A stretch of 64,000 bases of DNA from Narcine bancroftii. Taxonomy: Eukaryota. Location: positions 55,986,001-56,050,000 of the forward strand of contig NC_091482.1 of the NCBI RefSeq assembly GCF_036971445.1, in the 5' to 3' direction. Every line of letters begins with the position of its first letter. The stretch's first letter is position 1. A program made the position numbers and the translations under genes. The notes beneath the pieces are model-generated. The model was given only the letters and a program-made list of their open reading frames with translations. It was not told the origin of the DNA and made no database searches. Shown here piece by piece: positions 25,125 through 39,098 of this stretch.

Positions 25125-26084
25125 CTAGAATATAAAAATGCTTAAATGATTGCTTAGCAGTTGGTTTTACAACAAATTATAACATTCCTTTTTGTTTATT
25201 CAGTATTTTAGAAGGTGCATCAGACACTCAAATTTAAAATTCTGAAGTGAGCATCCATGGCAAAATGAGCTTCAATATGTTCACACTACATAATCAACTC
25301 TATTTGTATATCCTGTCAGATAATCAAACAGTTGCACTTTTGGCGTCAATGCCAAAATGGATTTGCATTTTGAGCGCAAATCAGATTACTCTCATGTTTC
25401 TTAATGAAGCTTTGTAGTTTAATCACACAATGTATGATAATAATTCTCACATTCTTTTAAAGTTGCTGAGAGGTTATTAATGTTTTCCCGCCATAATATT
25501 TCCCTCCTGCATTAATTTGGATATTCTGCCACCATGCTTGAGAAATGAAATGTTAAACTTATTATTGAGCATCAACAGACTATCCATGTGTAGTAGTCAT
25601 ACAATTAAAAGCAGCAGCCACATTTTTACTTTTCTAGTGGGGTCATTGCACAAGCAACTTTATTATCTGAAGACTTTGCATCTAATGCCAATTTCTCTAG
25701 CATTCTTTCAAATGAAATAACTCAGCACAAACAGCCATTACTAACAGCCACAATGTTGGCCAGCCAATTCAAATCTTGCTAGACCCAAAGGCAACTTTTA
25801 AGAGCCTCCTTATTGTTTAGTAAACAACCAGTGGTTCTCAACCTTCTTCAGTCTCAGGTCCACCTGGCTTCCAGCCTAACACGCCATGGCCCAATAGTGG
25901 CAATGACTGAGCGATCTTTTCAAGCCAAAGGTAGGAAACACATCGAATTGGCCCACTGGTTTAGAATGACTGGAACTTTAGCCCACACATTTCCAAGCCA
26001 TTCCTGTTCAGCCCGCACTTCACTTGCCCAAAAGTTGACTAGTCCAACTATTGCCTGTTCCAGGAGAGCAACATCAAAGAGGAA

Positions 26085-26208
26085 TTAGGGGATATGGGGA
26101 GAAGGCAGGTAGGTGGAGTTAGGCCATAAATTAGATCAGCCATGATTGGCGGTGCAGGCTCGATGGGCCATTTTTAGCCTACTCCTGTTCCTACTTCCCA
26201 TGTTCCTA
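26085..26208 (+). mobile_element. CR1 3' terminus
   Basis: GATCAGCCATGAT...GGCTCGATGGGCC...CCTACTCCTGTTCCTAC...ATGTTCCTAT, a CR1 3'UTR. Confidence 0.7.
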
Positions 26209-27149
26209 TTTGGTCATGAAGCCACACAAGTAGATAGTGGAACAATGAAGTGGACATCAAGGCAATGCGATCAAAGAGATCTATTTCAAGCAATGTATTA
26301 CAGAAGCGTAATATCGTGGAAAGGCTTCAGGATGGAATTTCAGCCTTTTCAGTTGAAACTGGGAACACAAATTGAAAAGGACTTAAAAGCGAGGATGGTC
26401 AACAACAAAAATCATTGAAGAGCAAGGGTTCGGAAAGGATTGGTAAAGGATGTGCATTTCACAGTCAAGTCTGGGAGCTAAAGTCATTAACAAAAGCAGA
26501 GTTAAATTGCGATAATGTCAAAAGAAAATAAAATGACGGAAGCCAGCCAGGGGTGCATTGCAACAGTCAAACTGAGGAGGTAATAAAGCCGTAAACAGAA
26601 GTTTTAGAAACAGAGGAGATGATAGACTAGCATAATTATGCATGTGGGCTTAGCAAAGTCAAGAAAAATTACCTTGCCTTAAATATCATATCACTGATGC
26701 ATATACACAAGATCCATCTTAATGTTTTGAGACATGCATGAGATTATGACATGGAAATGTCATTTTTCTTGATTTCCAAAATTCGATAAACCATCTCCAG
26801 CCTTTGAACAAATGGGCAGTGAGATTAATATACATTTCCAAAGTTTATTTCATATCATAAAGGAGAGTGTCCAAGGAACTCAAAAAATGCAAATATTGCA
26901 CCGACATGGAAAGAAAGAATTGAGGGATGGAAAAGTATAAACCAAACAATTACAAATGAGTCAACCTTGAAGCAATTATGGGATAACTTTAAAAGGCAAA
27001 AATACAGATCAAATTCAAGATGCCCATATAATAAGTGGGTTAATAAATGAAAGTTAGAGTTACTAAAAATATTGTTGATCAAATCCTCAAAAACATGTAA
27101 AATTTGCACTGCATAAGGGTGATTATGCATAAAGTGTAATGTCGATTAC

Positions 27150-27625
27150 AAAAACAAAAAACCAGAAATGCTGGAGGAGCTCAGCAGGTCTCGCAACATC
27201 AATAGGAGAATTTAAGTCTCTGGCCTGAGCCCTTCTGGAGTAAAAAGTGGGAAGGTGCCTGAATTAAGAGGCTGGACAGAAGGGAAGAAAGGGGAGGGGG
27301 GGGAGGAGCGCAGACCAACAGAAAAAAGGTGACAATTGGACCTAGATTGGAGGAGAGGAAAGGTGAGAATTGATCAGGGGAGGGGCTAGCTCTGCAAATG
27401 GAGAGCTGGAGGAAAGATGACAGAGGGAAAAGGAACGAGAGAGAGAGAGTGAGAGAGAAAAGGATAAATAGGGATACATGGGGGGTGGGGGCTAACAGAA
27501 ACTGGAGAAGTTGATACTAATGCCATCTGGTTGGAGGGTGCCCAGATAGAATACAAGGTGTTGTTCCTCCAATTTGCAGGTGGTCTCAGTCCAGAAATGC
27601 ATGGGCCCATGGACAGACTGCATGG
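27150..27625 (-). mobile_element. Penelope-like element 3' fragment (GIY-YIG C-terminus plus terminal repeat)
   Basis: SVHGPMHFWTETTCKLEEQHLVFYLGTLQPDGISINFS motif, then a pyrimidine-rich UTR and the GAAGGGCTCAGGCC...GCTGAGCTCCTCCAGCA end. Confidence 0.8.
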
Positions 27626-27809
27626 ATCCTTTGATCCCCCCCAAAGGCCTACAGCCAGTATAGTCCTTCCTCACTGGTTCACTGCCATATTTACATATTA
27701 GAACCATATTCACAAATTAGAAAAACAGTGATCTTAAAAGAATGTATTGACAGAATATACAAATTACACAAGACTTATTTTATAATAAAAATAACACACA
27801 AGACATTGG

Positions 27810-28295
27810 CGAGGCCAAATTTAGAGTATGGTGTTCATTTTTGGTTATCTAATTACAAGAAAGGTATCAGTCTTGCCTAGACATCAGGAACTGAGTTACA
27901 AGGAAAGGTTAAACAGGTTAGGACATGGAGCATAGATGAATAAGGAGAGATTGGATAAAAGTTTTTTTAAAATGACAAGAGGTATAGACAGCGTAAATGC
28001 AGGCAGGCTTTTTAACAGAGGGTAGGTAAGATATAAATCAGAGGACAAGAATTAAGGGTGAAAGGGGAAAAGTTTAGGGGGAACTTCAAAGAAAGAGTGG
28101 TGGGTGTGTGGAAGAAGCTGCCAGCTGAAGTGAATGTGGGTTCAATTTTAACATTTAAGAAGAATTTGGACAGGTACATGGATGGGAAGGCTATGGAGGA
28201 CTATGGACTGGGTGCAGGTCAGTGATACTAGGCAGAAAAATACTGACTAGAAAGCTAAAGGACCTATTTCTGTACTGTAATATTCTACAGTTCTG
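27810..28295 (+). mobile_element. CR1 LINE 3' fragment
   Basis: RPNLEYGVHFWL motif, RVVGVW..LP, and 3'UTR ending TTCTA repeats. Confidence 0.8.
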
Positions 28296-29803
28296 TTGAC
28301 AACATCCTTCTTCACATTTTAATATCTACATTTTTCCTTCTCATCTTGTATTCCTCGTTATTAAGTATTTCAGCTATTGGGAATATTCCTACTTGTGTGC
28401 TGGTTAACCTTTCATCACATTTGGATGTGAGAACACTGGCTGTTGTGCCAAATGAGCTTACTTCGTTCTGCCTGAGCACTTAAGGTTATCTCTTTCCTTT
28501 CACAGACAGCAGATGGAGCTTTGAGTGCTTTGAAGAAGCACTTGGCCCATATTAATCATGACCACACTCCTTTTATGATGGTCATTTCAAATGGATGCAG
28601 GTCAGATGAAGTTGCTTGCTTGACTAGGTGGACATTGCATTTCACAGGATTGATCTTCTAAGGCTGTAATGGGAGAAATCTGAATTTTATGCATTTCCCC
28701 ACAATGTTCCTTGGATTTGTCACACCACATTAAACACAAATCATTTGTTCACAGGCTACTTTATATGCAAAAAAAACCCTGCAGATGGCAGTGTTCCTGA
28801 GTTCATTCTTCCACTATTTGCCTTTTTACAAACTGACTCCTTTTCTGCTTTATTTTCCGCTTCTGAATCATTGGGCCCGGTGGGAACTTTCAAGTCAGTT
28901 CAAACTTCTTGTCGTCATAACTGTTGACTGGTGGTCGTGTGACTGACCTCACCGTATGTGGAACACCAAGCAGCATAACACTCTGGGATAATGGATATTG
29001 CAAGTGTGGAACTGAAAATTTACTAGAAATCTATGTGAGCAAATTATATGTCAGTTATGAGCAGATCTATAAAAATCAAACGTAATGGTTAGCACCAATT
29101 TGGCATCACTGGTTGCATGCTAGATATGATTTTGTTGATCGAGACCACTCAATCCCGAGAACCATATACTTTCCCTTAAAATCTGTAGTTTTCGCAAATG
29201 CTTGAGTGTTTTTTGTGTGATGTTTCTATTCATGACTGTGGGTACTCATGAACGTAAATACTTTATTGCACCAAGTCAGAAGCAAGCATAACCAGGGGTT
29301 CTATACAGGCGATCTAAAAATCCTTGCATCAAAAGAGGTCAAATTTTAAGTTTCCACAAGCAGCTGATGATGTGCAACAAGAGCGCGAACTTGCAGCTGT
29401 GATTTTACTTTGTGCCTTAATTTTAATGTCTGCATTTGCACTAAATCAGCTAAGTGTTCAGTAACTTAGTGGCCTGGTGGGGTCATTGGAACCTCAGTAA
29501 TCCCTGCAATGTAAAGATTGTGATGTTATCAAAACTCAAAAGAGTATCACAAGCAGTTGAGATGATATACATGATAAAATGTCTGGTTCTGAATGTTATT
29601 TACAATGAAAATTCTTCCAGGTTTCTCAAAGGAGTAATGCAGTTTTGAGGAAATATCCTGATGCTGCCTCACCTAGTTAAGGTAGAGCAACAATGAAGTT
29701 CATTCACAATGATCAATGCAATTGTGAAAACCCATACAGGTAGACAAATAAAAGCCACATTCACAAGTTGCAGATGTTCACATCTACCTGCAATGAAGAG
29801 GCA

Positions 29804-32800
29804 AGGTGGCGTAGAAGAAAGACGTGTATTCCACGCTTCCCCAGCTGGATTACTAAATACCCGGTTTTAAAAAAGCATAAAAGTGGCTAAAATCAATATT
29901 TACAGTTGTTTAAATAACAGTGATTTATTATGGCAACTAATTTGAAAAAATCTAAACCTCAACTTCAGAAAAAATTACCATACAAAAGTGTAGAAGAACT
30001 GAGGCCTACCTGCATAGCTGAATCCACGGAATCGTCGTTGGGAGCCTCCAAGCCGCAGAGGACTCCAGACCATTCGAGTTTGACCTCGACGCCGATCCTC
30101 CCTCCGCAAGATGGTGCCGACACTTTGGTAAGTTTGGCCATTGCTGACCCGCATTCATGTGAAGCCGTGTGCGTGGGCGGCACAGCCAACAAGGGGACCC
30201 GCGAACCCGCAACCTGGCTAGGCGGCCTGGGGATGCGCAGTGTAATGTTGGAGGACGCTCCTGCGCGTCTGGCTGCTTTGCCTGGCTTGCATGGGGCATC
30301 CCACGTCCGAGAATTGCTGGACAAAGTATGGGCTGTGGGGGAGCCCGAACGCCGGTGTTGGGTGTCCAGACCCGCAGCCGTTCAGCTAAAGGATTTACGA
30401 TGACTGACGAAGAAGACGAACTTACCTTATTGGAATTTGCCCAGGAGGAGGAGCCTGTAGTTAAAGAAGATAGACCTCAAAAAGTGGTGGTGGAATCTGG
30501 AATGGATTAAGTGTTCACTGTTTTGGAAGGGATTACTTGTCAAATGGACAATATGTCAAAACAATTATCAACTCAGATGAACCAAGCATTTATGGAGATG
30601 AAAATAAAAATGAATACCTTGTGTGATGAAATGTCAACTATGAAACAGGAAATGACTGTAGTTAAGAGTGATATAATAGATGTATAAAATCAGTTGATAC
30701 TGTGCAAGATAATTTTAAGAAAATTGAAACAGCCTTTTCTGAGTGTCAAAATCAGGTGGAATGTAATAGAGAAAAAATGGAAAAAGTGGAAGGTTCTTTT
30801 GTAGATTGGGGATTCAAAGAAGAGACTTATTGAAGAAGATTGATTCATTGGAAAATCAAAGCCAAAGGAATAATGTGAAAATAGCTGGACTTCCAGAAGA
30901 CATTGAAGGTTCCGATCCTATAAAAAATTTTAAGCATTGAACCCAGAGGTGCTGGGTGAACAGCTTTTTCCTGAAGGCTTGGAATTGGATCAGGCTCATA
31001 GAGCTCTGAGAAGAAAACCACTTCCAGGACAAACACCGATGGCAGTCTTGGTTCATTGTTTAAAATACCAAGACAGAGAAATTATTCTATGTATGGTGGT
31101 ACAGAAAGCATGGCAGAGTCAGTCTCCATTAATGGTTCAAAATAACAGAGTGTTTTTGTATGCCAAATTGATCCAAGAGGTTATTAGATGATGAGAATTT
31201 AATACAGCTAAAGATGTTTTGTGGTGAAAGAACTACAAGTTTGCTTTTCAATTTTGAAGGATTTTTATGGAAATTTTCAATCTCAATTCTTTGAGAATGA
31301 TCAGGATGCTTTGGTTTTTGCTAATTCTTTGCCGGAACTGCAAAGAAATGGGTGTTCTCCTCCCTTGTCTCCTAAGAGGATGGTAAATAGAAATGGAAAT
31401 GGGTATGGAAAGAACGGAAAGAAAGACGAGTTGACACAAAGTCTTCTTTATGTTGAAGATCCGGAACAGTTGTTGGGTTTGGAATCATTGGATTGAATAT
31501 ATGGATTATATTTGATTAATTAAATAATAAATATGTATCTGGCTGGGAGGGTGGATGACACTGAAAACTTTGATCGTCATCTGCTGCTAGTGGGTTTACC
31601 ACACCCAGATTTTTAGGGTATTACTACCTTTGGGTGTTTTATTTTGTGTTTTTATGGGGTTTTTTATTTTTTTTGAGGGGGGTTTCTTTCCCCTTTTTTT
31701 GAAGAATTATAAAGGGGAGCATTATTTTATAGTGTGTAAATATATTAGTAGTTAAAAAGGTGTCTAAGTTGAATTTTGCAACTTTTAATGTTCAGGGATT
31801 AAATAATCCAATTAAGAGAAAGAGAATATTGGCTTATATTAAAAAAATGAAAATTGACATTGCCTTTTTACAAGAAACACATCTGACTGAAAAAGAACAT
31901 TTGAAATTGAAAAGAGATTGGGTTGGCCATGTTTTTTCTTCGTTTTAATTCTAAGGCAAGAGGAGTAGCGATTTTGATTCATAAAAATTTACCATTTGAA
32001 TTGGAATCTTCAGAGGAGTATGCTGGCAGAGTATTAAAAGTGAACTGTAAAATTTTTGGTGAATCTTGGACTTTGCTGAATCTTTATGCCCCTAATATAG
32101 ACGATGAGCAGTTTATTTCAGAAGCTTATTTACTGGCAACTCAAGTTAATGAAAATGTCTTAGTTGGTGGTGATTTTAATTGTGTTCTTGACCCCTTATT
32201 GAAGAGAAATCCAAAAAGTATAAGGAAATCAAAGAGAGCAACACAAATTAATGTGTTAATGAAAGATTTAAATTTGATGGATATTTGCAGAAAAGTTTAT
32301 CCTACAGAGAAAGATTTTTAATTTTACTCTTCACAACATGATTCATTTTCTAGAATTGATTTATTTTTGGTATCAACACATTTACAAGGTAGAGTATTAT
32401 GAGCTGAATATAAAAGTAGAGTTATATATCATTCATTATTACTTTTTTCTTGTGAAATTTTGGAGGTAGTACATCCGTCAATTAGATGGAGGTTTAACGC
32501 AATGTTATTGAAAAAAAAACAGAGTTTGTTGCTTTTGTTAAAGAACATATCTCATTATTTTTGACCAAGAATGTTAATTCTATGGAGAGTCATTTTGTAA
32601 TATAGGACACTTTAAAAGCTTATTTGAGGGGGAAGATTATTAGTTATTCTACAAAAGTTTAGAAACAATATATGGCAGAGAGTTTAGAGTTAGAAAATCA
32701 GATTGCTGAGTTAGAGAAAGATTTTCAGAAAGGTGTAACAGAAGATTTTTAAAAAGCCGCATTAGCGAGGTTGAAATGACTATATAATACTTTACAAACT

Positions 32801-35724
32801 TATCAGTTTGAGTGCTTAATTAATGTTATTATGAGTTGGGGAAAGAGCTCAAGGTACTTGCTTGGCATTTGAAAGCTGAACAGGCATCTCGGTCTATTAA
32901 TGCTGTTAAGAAGAATTCAAAAGTTACATAAAGCTCAGGAAATTAACAACCAGTTTTATTCAATTTATCTAAAATTATACACTTCTGAGGGGAAACAGGA
33001 TAATGGTTCTATTGATCTTGCATATCTAAATTAAAGTTACTGGTATTAGATGAGAATGATGTACAGGAATTTGAATCTCCATTTATGGATTTTGAAATTA
33101 AGGAATCTATTCAGGAAATGCCTAATGAAAGTCCACAGGGGATGATGGATTCCCTGTGGAAGTTTATAAACATTTTTTATGATGATTTCTCTAATGTATT
33201 TGGAGAAGTGTTGAATCAAGTTACTGAAGATCAGAAGTTATCAGAATCATGTTCAAGTGCTTTAATAACTGTTATTCCAAAAAAAAGCAATGCATTAAAA
33301 GTGTCTTCATATAAACCTATTTCTTTATTAAATGCAGATTATAAAATTATAGCGAAAGTATTAGCTAATAGACTTGCTAAATATTTACCCAAATTGATCC
33401 ATATTGATCAAACAGGTTTCATTAAGAATAGAAATGCATCAGACAACATATTTCAATTAATTACTTTGGTCAACACATACAGAAAGCAACCTAACTATTA
33501 GATGCAGAAAAAGCTTTTGATAGGGTTGAGTGGGATTTTTTATTTAAAGTGTTAGAGAAATTTAAATTTGGCCCTTTTTTTATTGGTTGGGTTAAGGCTT
33601 TATATACGAACCTGACTGCTAGGGTGGTGACAAATGGAAAGATTTCTTTACCATTTAAATTGACTCATTCAACTTGGCAGGGCTGCCCATTTTCACCAGC
33701 CTTATTTGTGCTGGCTATTGAACTGTTAGCTCAGGCTAGTAGACAAAATGAAGAAATTAGAGGGATGAGGGTTAAAAATGAAGAATATAAAGTTAACTTA
33801 TTTGCAGACGACGTGCTGATATACTTTACGGAACCGGAACGATTGTTGTAACAATTGCAAGTGTGTTTGTCAAAATTTGGAGAATTATTGGGATATAAAG
33901 TTAATTGGGATAAAAGAGAAATTTTACCAGTTGGAGAGGGAGATTATTCTGAATTTAAAACTATTACAAAATTAAGGTGGACAAGTAAAATTAAATATTT
34001 AGGTGTGTTTATGGATACTAATTATCAATCACTATATCAATTAAATTATGAGCCTATATCAAGATGGATTAATGCAAATTTGATTAAGTGGAAAGATCTT
34101 CCATTAACTTTGATTGGTAGAGTTAATTGTATTAAAATGAACATTTTTCCTCGAGTTTAATATTTATTTCAGTCAATACCTTGTTTACTTCCAAAGGGTT
34201 TTTTTTCAAGATTTGAATAAAGCAGTGCAAGAGTTTTTATGGAAAGGTAAATTAGCTTGAATGGCATAGCATAGACTTACATGGACGTATGCACTGGGCG
34301 GACTACAGTTACTATATTTTCAAAATTATTATGAAGCAGCCCAGCTGAAGTTTATTAGTAGATTAATGGATTTAGATCAGCTTCCTAGCTGGGCTAAAAT
34401 GGAGATGGCATGAATTTCTAGGGTTGACATACATTGATTTATATTTCATTGGAATTTTATTTTATTACAGCAATATGATATACCGATATTGAAACATTTG
34501 TTAAGATTTTGATTTAAAAAACAGGGTGATAGGGTCTAAGGATAAATTATCAATTCTAACTCCATTGTATAATAATCAGCTTATTCTTTTTTGATGTTTA
34601 ATAATCATTTAAAGATTTGGGACTCTAAAGGTATAAAGACAATACAAGATTGTTTTGAAGAGGGGAAATTTCTTTCTTTTAATCAATTGAGAGAAAGATT
34701 TGATATACCTGTAAATTCTTTGTTTGTGTATTATCAACTTAGAGCTTTGATAAAAGATAATTATGGTAGAGAGATGATTTTACCTACTTTGTTGAGATTT
34801 GAATCTTTGATTTCCTCTATACTGAAAAAGGGTTATATTTCAGTTATGTATAATTTGTTACAAGGTAGTATGGATAAGTCAGATTGGGACAAATCTAAAC
34901 TTAAACGGGAGAGTAATTTAGTATTTATTTTTCCCGAAGATGATTGGGTGACTATGTGTCAGGACAATGTAATTAAATTGACTAATATAAGATATGGAAT
35001 GGTTAATTATAATTTTTTACATCAATTATATTTGACCCTGGAAAAGCTAAAAAAAAATGGGTTTAGTAATTTGGTTTCTTGTTTTAGATGTGGCTCATGT
35101 ATTGGAACTTTTCTACATGCCGTTTGGACTTGTGTTAAAGTTCAATCATTTGGCAAGGAATTAAAGTAGTTTTGGAAAAATTATATAATTTTATATTACC
35201 ATTAGATCCAACGATTTTTTGTTGAAAAATTTGTATTCATTAAGGGGAATGGGATTGGATAAAATTCAAATTGCTTTTGTACGTTTGGTGTTATCAGTAG
35301 CACATAAATGTGTTGCTAGTACTTGGAAAGATGATACTGAGATTAATATATTATGCTGGCACAATGAATTGAAACTGTGTATGGTCATGGAAAAAATTAC
35401 CTATAATTTACATGATAATTATTCTTCTGTTAGTAAGTGGTCTCTGTATTTGAAATATATGCATTTAGATATACTTTGAAATGTTATTAACATTTATATT
35501 TTCTTTTTATATATACACACATATATAGATATAAAATCTATTTTTTTTTGCTCCCCTTAAGGGAGCTGACTGAAGGGGTGGGAAGGTGGGGTGAGGTTTT
35601 TTTTTCCCAAATTTTTTAAAATCATTTTGGGTTTTTTTAAATATATCTTTGTAAAATCATTTTTTGATTATTACTATACTGTATGTTATGTTTTTTCTAT
35701 CTTTTAAATAATGTTCAAAAAAAT
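29804..35724 (+). mobile_element. Full-length decayed L1 retrotransposon (about 5.9 kb)
   Basis: ORF1 remnants 29930-31496 (ENQSQRNNVKIAGLPE, LELDQAHR). ORF2 remnants 31760-35479: APE endonuclease (TFNVQGLN, FLQETH, NLYAPN, GGDFN), RT (YKPISLLNADYK, DAEKAFD, QGCPFSP, LFADD), C-terminal CFRC..HAVWTC. 11-bp TSD ATGAAGAGGCA (29793-29803) / ACGAAGAGGCA (35725-35735). Many stops and frameshifts. Confidence 0.95.
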
Positions 35725-35833
35725 ACGAAGAGGCAGGAGGAGTATGGTGGATAACAAATGCTTCAAGATCTTCAGAATTGCTTTCGACCTTTGCATTAGC
35801 TTCAACACTCATTTCATCCCTTGATGCACTTTC
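35725..35833 (-). pseudogene. 5' part of a candidate exon split by the L1 (remainder at 29788-29792)
   Basis: tttttcattcaccag|ESASRDEMSVEANAKVESNSEDLEAFVIHHTPPASS. Removing the L1 and one TSD adds LQ|gtagat, giving a 114-nt open phase 0/0 exon. Confidence 0.4.
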
Positions 35834-36634
35834 CTGGTGAATGAAAAACATGCAAGGAACTGTTGAATTTTCAACATGGCCTATGCCAATTCTCCACACA
35901 GAACATTCCTCTTTGTTTGCTGGTTGCCATCAAAACCAGTGCACGGTTTTGATTTCTGTATATCTCTGTCCTGGTGTGATATCAGCAGAGCACAGGAATA
36001 TACCCTTTGGCCTACCTGTTCAACCCAATACCCAAATCAAACTAATCTCAACTGCTTGCACTTGATAGATATCCCTCTGCACCTTTCATACTCATGTGTC
36101 CACCTATAAGCCTTGATGCATTTTCAATAATCACAAAAGACTTACTAAGATGATGTTTTATTAACTATAGGCTGGAATAGCCATCAACCTCCGATCAAGG
36201 CAGAATTGAATGGGGAGTATGCAAAGGGCTATGGGTAGGATTTCTCTCAGGGGACTTGTCCAGCCAGCAGCAGCCAATCATAGCATAACCGTGGTTTACC
36301 ATAAGCCTCACAAATCCAACCATTGTATCCGTTTCCATTTACTACTTCTGGCTGCCTTGAGTGGAAAATTTGGTCCTGGTGTTAATGTTATTTTCAGAGT
36401 GATTTGATTTTCTTAGAGGAGTGGAATATTGATCCTTTCATATCTAGCTTTATGCAATTGGAAAATTGTCCATTCAATTAAGGTTTTGTTCGTTTATAGG
36501 TGCGCTTCAACTTATGATGGGATCATGTTCTGGAAAGCCCATCACGTCAGAAAAAGGAATTCAAGAAAGAACACCATTAAATTCGGAATACCTTTATCCT
36601 ACCTTGAAAAAAACAAGCACACTGGGCATGAAGA

Positions 36635-37385
36635 ATGTTTAGAAAAATTAATGTGGAAATTTGATCAGGATGGATTAAGACTACCAAATTTTAAGAATTA
36701 TTTTAAAGCAGCTCAATTGAGGTTTTTGTCCTCCTGTTATCAATGGGGTGACAAACCCAGCTTGGATTCAAATTGAAATGAATAAAATTGGTGAAATTAT
36801 TCCAGAGCTATTTTTGTATAAATGGAAGAGTGAGTTGTTTAAAGGAATTAAAGATTTTTCTGTATTGAAACATTAAAAATATGGAATAGAATTCATATTG
36901 AAAGAGGAATTAAAAACGATCAAACACCAAAAATGTTGTTAAATCAAAATCAACTTCATTTTACTTTGAGTAATTCTTTATTTGACAATTGGTATAGTAA
37001 AGGTATACAGAGAATAAAGGATTGTTTTTTCAGGATAATTTTTCTTAACTTTTGATCAACTAAAAGATAAATATAATGTACATAATACAATTTTTGCATA
37101 TTATAATTTAAAAATGTATTCAAGAAAGAGACTAGGAGCAGATTTGAGACTCCATAAACAAAGTAAATTTGAAGACAAGATACATTTATTGTTAAGAAAT
37201 TTATTACTAATATGTATAAAAATTACAAGAAACTGGAAAGAAAAAATGTATATAAATCAAAAATTCTATGGGAGAAAGATTTAAATATACAAATTAAGGA
37301 GGAGTTTTGGTCAAAATCATATTATGAAAGTGTTAAGAATGCAATAAATGTTAGATATCAAATGGTTCAATATAATTTTCTTCAA
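36635..37385 (+). mobile_element. Older L1 ORF2 3' fragment
   Basis: GLRLPNFKNYFKAAQLRF and WEKDLNIQI...INVRYQMVQYNFL, paralleling 34290-35030. Confidence 0.8.
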
Positions 37386-37819
37386 TATTCTCAACCTCCT
37401 TTTGGCTATGGCTCCCTTAGGACTCTGCCCTTCTCTGTGAAATTATCAAGTTTTGTTGGTTTATTCTATACTCTCTCCTCCCGACTACACAAAAAAAATA
37501 ACATTTCAGTCTGTGGACCCCCAGGAGGGGGCCATCAGCCCCCATTAAAAATACACTCTACAAAAGGCATTAGGTTGCATTGGGCATCCCAATAGAATGC
37601 AAGGCAATAAGTGTTTATTTAAATATATACTTTCAGCATGGTTTGCATTTAATTTTTTTTATTTTTAAATTTAGACATATAGCATGGTAACTGGCCATAT
37701 CGGTCCACAAGTCTATGCCACCCAATTAACATACAGGGTAGGAATCCAGAACAAGTAACAACAACTGGATACAAGGGATGAGGTAAAAAATTATCATGTT
37801 TGTTTGAAATGATACTGAA

Positions 37820-38300
37820 GTGAGAGACAGGGCTAGGGGAAGGTGATGGGAGAAGAAGTGAGTTGGGTAACAAAAGCCAGAGAAGTTGATATTAATTCAT
37901 CTGGTTAGAGGGTGCCCAGTCAGAAGACAAGGTATTGTTCCTCCAATTTGCAAGTGGTCTCAGTCTGGCAGTGCATGAAAACATGAACAGACATGTCAGC
38001 AAAAGATTGAGATGGGGAATTGAAATGGGTGGCCACTGGGAGATCCAGGTTATTTATGGTGGAGAGACCCAAGGTACTTGTAAATTCCTACCTCATCCTT
38101 TATCCAATCAACACCTTTTGTTGGTCCAGATTCCTCTCCTATTTTTTTTTTTAAATTCTGCACCTTTCTGAGATTTCCTGCTTCTGGCTTATTCCTTGAA
38201 GCAGGGCTCAGGCCTGAAACATCAGCAATATGTATATGTAGCTGAGATCCTCCAGCATTTCAGCATGTTTTTACTACAATCAGACTTTTGTGTTTACTGA
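37820..38300. mobile_element. Penelope-like fragments in inverted arrangement
   Basis: Minus-strand GIY-YIG remnant (PVATHFNSPS..TETTCKLEEQYLVF.LGTL) at 37880-38070, joined to a plus-strand terminal repeat at 38075-38300. Confidence 0.7.
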
Positions 38301-38371
38301 AGTTTTTAACTTAAATGTGCTCCTGGGGGCCGGGACAGGGGTGTTAGAACCCCATTGAGAATAGCTAGTGT

Positions 38372-38566
38372 AGAGAATGACCAGGATGTGTTGAGTCTTT
38401 TAATATGTTGGCTGCTTTTCCAAGGTTGTGGGACTGATAAGATAGTGGTCAATGGAGGAAGGGGTTACAAGTGATGGCCTAAGCTACATTCAAACCCTAT
38501 GCAGGTTTTTTTTGACATCTTGGGTAATGCCTGTACCAAGCAGTGATACATCCTATCAATAGTACA
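38372..38566 (-). mobile_element. Rex1/Babar fragment
   Basis: LLIGCITAWY motif and KAANILKDSTHPGHS remnant. Confidence 0.6.
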
Positions 38567-38913
38567 CCTGCAGAAATGGGAGAGAGACTGAGAAAAAAGG
38601 TAAAACAATGGAGAGATTTGAAAGACACTGTTTGAGAGGGTGGATAAGCAGAGTTGATGGAAAGCATCTTAATAAATATCTGTAATGGAAACATTTTCAG
38701 TGTTGCAAGAGCAAGGGTGTGGGATGAATAGAAAATCTCTGGCTCAGTTCAAGCACCATGCACAAAATGGCCTCCATCCATTATTTACCTTAAAGCTACT
38801 TCCACTCCAATTAGTATCTGCACAAAAACTTTTGTTTGAAAAACATCAAGATGATGGAGTTCCATCCTGCGAAGATATTTGAGATTCTTAAAAACCTGTT
38901 CTTCTCTCCATGT

Positions 38914-39098
38914 TTTCTTTGGCTTGGCTTCGCGGACGAAGATTTATGGAGGGGGTAAAAAGTCCACGTCAGCTGCAGGCTCGTTTGTGGCTGACCAGTC
39001 CGATGCGGGACAGGCAGACACGATTGCAGCGGTTGCAAGGGAAAATTGGTTGGTTGGGGTTGGGTGTTGGGTTTTTCCTCCTTTGCCTTTTGTCAGTG
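38914..39098 (-). mobile_element. RTE 3' end (185 bp) with TSD
   Basis: Near-identical to 53928-54110; 7-bp TSD TCCATGT at 38907-38913 and 39099-39105. Confidence 0.92.

Noticed and set aside
29965-30324. Antisense ORFs at the L1 5' end (ORF0-like)
   Set aside because: Expected by chance in GC-rich sequence; the starts are non-ATG or unremarkable and there is no recognisable motif.
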